Assembly (NCBI GenBank): GCA_036339875.1 | Contig: JAYZAC010000159.1 | Span: 1 to 38,658, forward strand | From: a bacterium | GTDB lineage: Bacteria > Muiribacteriota > UBA6191 | DNA: 38,658 nt | Reading direction: 5' to 3' | Shown here: one piece after another, positions 36,926-38,658 of the stretch | Position numbering within the stretch: position 1 is the stretch's first letter | How the letters are laid out: each line of letters starts with the position of its first letter | Made by a program: the position numbers and the translations under genes | Notes under the pieces: model-generated | Databases searched by the model: none | Told to the model about the DNA's origin: nothing | The model's input: the letters and a program-made list of their open reading frames with translations, nothing else

Positions 36926-38296
36926 ATGACTCAAGTCAAGCGTCCGTTAGTCGTTAAGCAATTGGCCCGAGGACAGAAATTAGATTTCTCTATTGAAACA
37001 TTAGGAGAGCCTAAATACGATAGTCCGTTCACAGCTCAGGGTCGTAATTTTGTAAGTGATCAATCAGAAATTTCTTACTTTCATATGCTTGATGGGATGC
37101 AAGCCTATCGAAACGAGTTTGGAGACCCTCTTCCTGCTTTTGAACTGGCTGGTCCTCGTGAAAAAATATTTTTTAATCCAAGCGAAACCACTGCGGCCAT
37201 AGTTACCTGTGGGGGGCTTTGCCCAGGATTAAATAATGTAATTAGAGCAATTACTTTTACCCTAAACTTGTATGGAGTTAATAACGTACTTGGCATCAAT
37301 TATGGTTACGCAGGATTAATCCCAGGAAATCGACTGAACTTCACAATATTAAATGGGTATTCTATATCAAAAATTCATACGCAGGGCGGGACAGTAATCG
37401 GTAGTAGTCGAGGGCCACAGAATGTCAGAGAGATGGTTGAGACACTCAAACGAAACAACATTGATATGCTTTTCACAATTGGGGGCGATGGTACTCAAAA
37501 AGGAGCTATGTCAATCGTTGAAGAGATTAAGAGGCAGGGACTTCAAATCTCGGTAGTGGGTGTACCAAAAACAATTGATAATGATCTTAATTTTTTAGAA
37601 AAGACTTTCGGTTTCGAAACTGCTGTAGAGGCAGCTAGAGAGTCTGTTAACAGGATTCATGCTGAGGCCCTCTCATGCATTAATGGTATTGGTATCTTAA
37701 AATTGATGGGTCGTGATTCGGGCTACATAGCTGCTCAAGCTACTTTAGCATCGACTGACATTAATATTTGTTTAGTACCTGAAATTGATTTTGATTTAGA
37801 TGGTAAGAACGGATTGTATGAATCGATTATTAGACGATTAAATCACAAGGGACATTGTGTCATAGCTGTGGCTGAAGGTGCTGGTCAAAGACACTTAGAA
37901 TCAACTGGTGAGACAGATGCATCAGGTAATACTAAATATGGTGATATTGGAAAATTCCTACATCAGCAAATAAGCAAATATTTTAGTCATCATGCGTTAA
38001 AACCCACTATTAAATATGTCGACCCCAGCTATTTGATTCGTTCACTACCGGCCAGCGCTAACGATGCCGTTTTCTGTCTTCGTTTGGGACAGGCTGCAGT
38101 GCATGCAGCCATGGCTGGTAAAACTGCTATGGTTACTGGATACTGGAGTCGAATATTCACTCATGTACCAATGAGTTACACAGTATCTGCTCGCAAGCGG
38201 ATTCATCCTGAATCATTATTTTGGCAGTCTGTATTGGAGGTCACCCGCCAGCCAAAGGACATGACCAATCATGATACGGAGACACCTGCGCCCTAG
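36926..38296 (+). CDS. pfkA: 6-phosphofructokinase, PfkA group II (clade X-like, probably ATP-dependent)
   Basis: Motifs AGPREKIFF, TCGGLCPGLN, GGDGT, PKTIDND, MGRDSG and YVDPSY. Start ATG36926 after an AAGGA SD. Confidence 0.93.
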   Translation: MTQVKRPLVVKQLARGQKLDFSIETLGEPKYDSPFTAQGRNFVSDQSEISYFHMLDGMQAYRNEFGDPLPAFELAGPREKIFFNPSETTAAIVTCGGLCPGLNNVIRAITFTLNLYGVNNVLGINYGYAGLIPGNRLNFTILNGYSISKIHTQGGTVIGSSRGPQNVREMVETLKRNNIDMLFTIGGDGTQKGAMSIVEEIKRQGLQISVVGVPKTIDNDLNFLEKTFGFETAVEAARESVNRIHAEALSCINGIGILKLMGRDSGYIAAQATLASTDINICLVPEIDFDLDGKNGLYESIIRRLNHKGHCVIAVAEGAGQRHLESTGETDASGNTKYGDIGKFLHQQISKYFSHHALKPTIKYVDPSYLIRSLPASANDAVFCLRLGQAAVHAAMAGKTAMVTGYWSRIFTHVPMSYTVSARKRIHPESLFWQSVLEVTRQPKDMTNHDTETPAP

Positions 38297-38302
38297 TTCA
38301 TA

Positions 38303-38614
38303 TTAATTAACAACGGGCTTGAAATCCCCTTCGCTAGTAATACTTAATTCGACAGACAGGTGATCTTCTTCAATTAACTCGTGGTCGAGACTTATTTGCC
38401 TGAAGTGGCTTTCGGCAATGTCTTTAGCAGTCTGTGCAGAGTCTGCGTCCATCCACATATTAAGATAAAGCAGTTCTTGCGGGTTATTTTCTGAACTTAA
38501 TATGATTCCTGATATAAAACCATGACTGTTACGCAGTCGGTCATTTAATTCCTCAACCGCAATCAAAAATAACTTAGATGATGAGGACTTCAATTTAAAC
38601 ATTAGCATTCTCAT
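38303..38614 (-). CDS. Small ABM-like (dimeric alpha+beta barrel) protein
   Basis: GFISGIIL...NPQELLYLNMW.D..SA matches the antibiotic-biosynthesis-monooxygenase-like pattern. Confidence 0.55.
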   Translation of the reverse strand: MRMLMFKLKSSSSKLFLIAVEELNDRLRNSHGFISGIILSSENNPQELLYLNMWMDADSAQTAKDIAESHFRQISLDHELIEEDHLSVELSITSEGDFKPVVN

Positions 38615-38658
38615 ATGAACAAGGATAACATGATATGTATTCTAGCTTGATTTAATAC

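Noticed and set aside
1..38658. CRISPR arrays, tRNA/rRNA, IS elements, integrases, phage or anti-phage defence genes
   Set aside because: I saw no regularly spaced repeats, all intergenic gaps are under about 190 nt, and no ORF carries transposase, integrase, Cas or nuclease motifs.

Overview
AT-rich (roughly 35-40% GC by eye), gene-dense bacterial chromosome segment using the standard genetic code, with about 33 CDSs. I saw no rRNA, tRNA, CRISPR array, IS element or phage gene. From left to right: a truncated TerB-like gene; a probably frameshifted HEAT-like gene; an alanine-dehydrogenase/carboxyethyl-ornithine-synthase-like enzyme with an apparent extra Rossmann module; an ECF sigma/anti-sigma pair; a DUF547 lipoprotein; a CinA-N protein; a TetR-lplT-aas lysophospholipid salvage unit whose Aas carries a fused ACP; a peptide/amino-acid block (pepF, dmpA, PLP racemase, pduO, agcS); an isolated flagellar export-gate block (fliP-fliQ-fliR-flhB); a tightly packed minus-strand signalling run (PhnD-like binding protein, HAMP-GAF-GGDEF, M23 peptidase, NTT-HEAT transporter, stand-alone cNMP-binding protein, HAMP-PP2C phosphatase, STAS protein); a second GGDEF protein; gltX; and divergent pckA and pfkA. 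The best candidate for an undescribed system is the NTT-HEAT / cNMP / PP2C / STAS module, which reads like a nucleotide-sensing partner-switching circuit. This is inference from gene context only. Non-coding signals include a TetR operator inside its own promoter, a palindrome between pckA and pfkA, and a repeated -10 box 5-7 nt upstream of ATG that suggests leaderless mRNAs. All family calls come from motif recognition by eye; no database searches were run.
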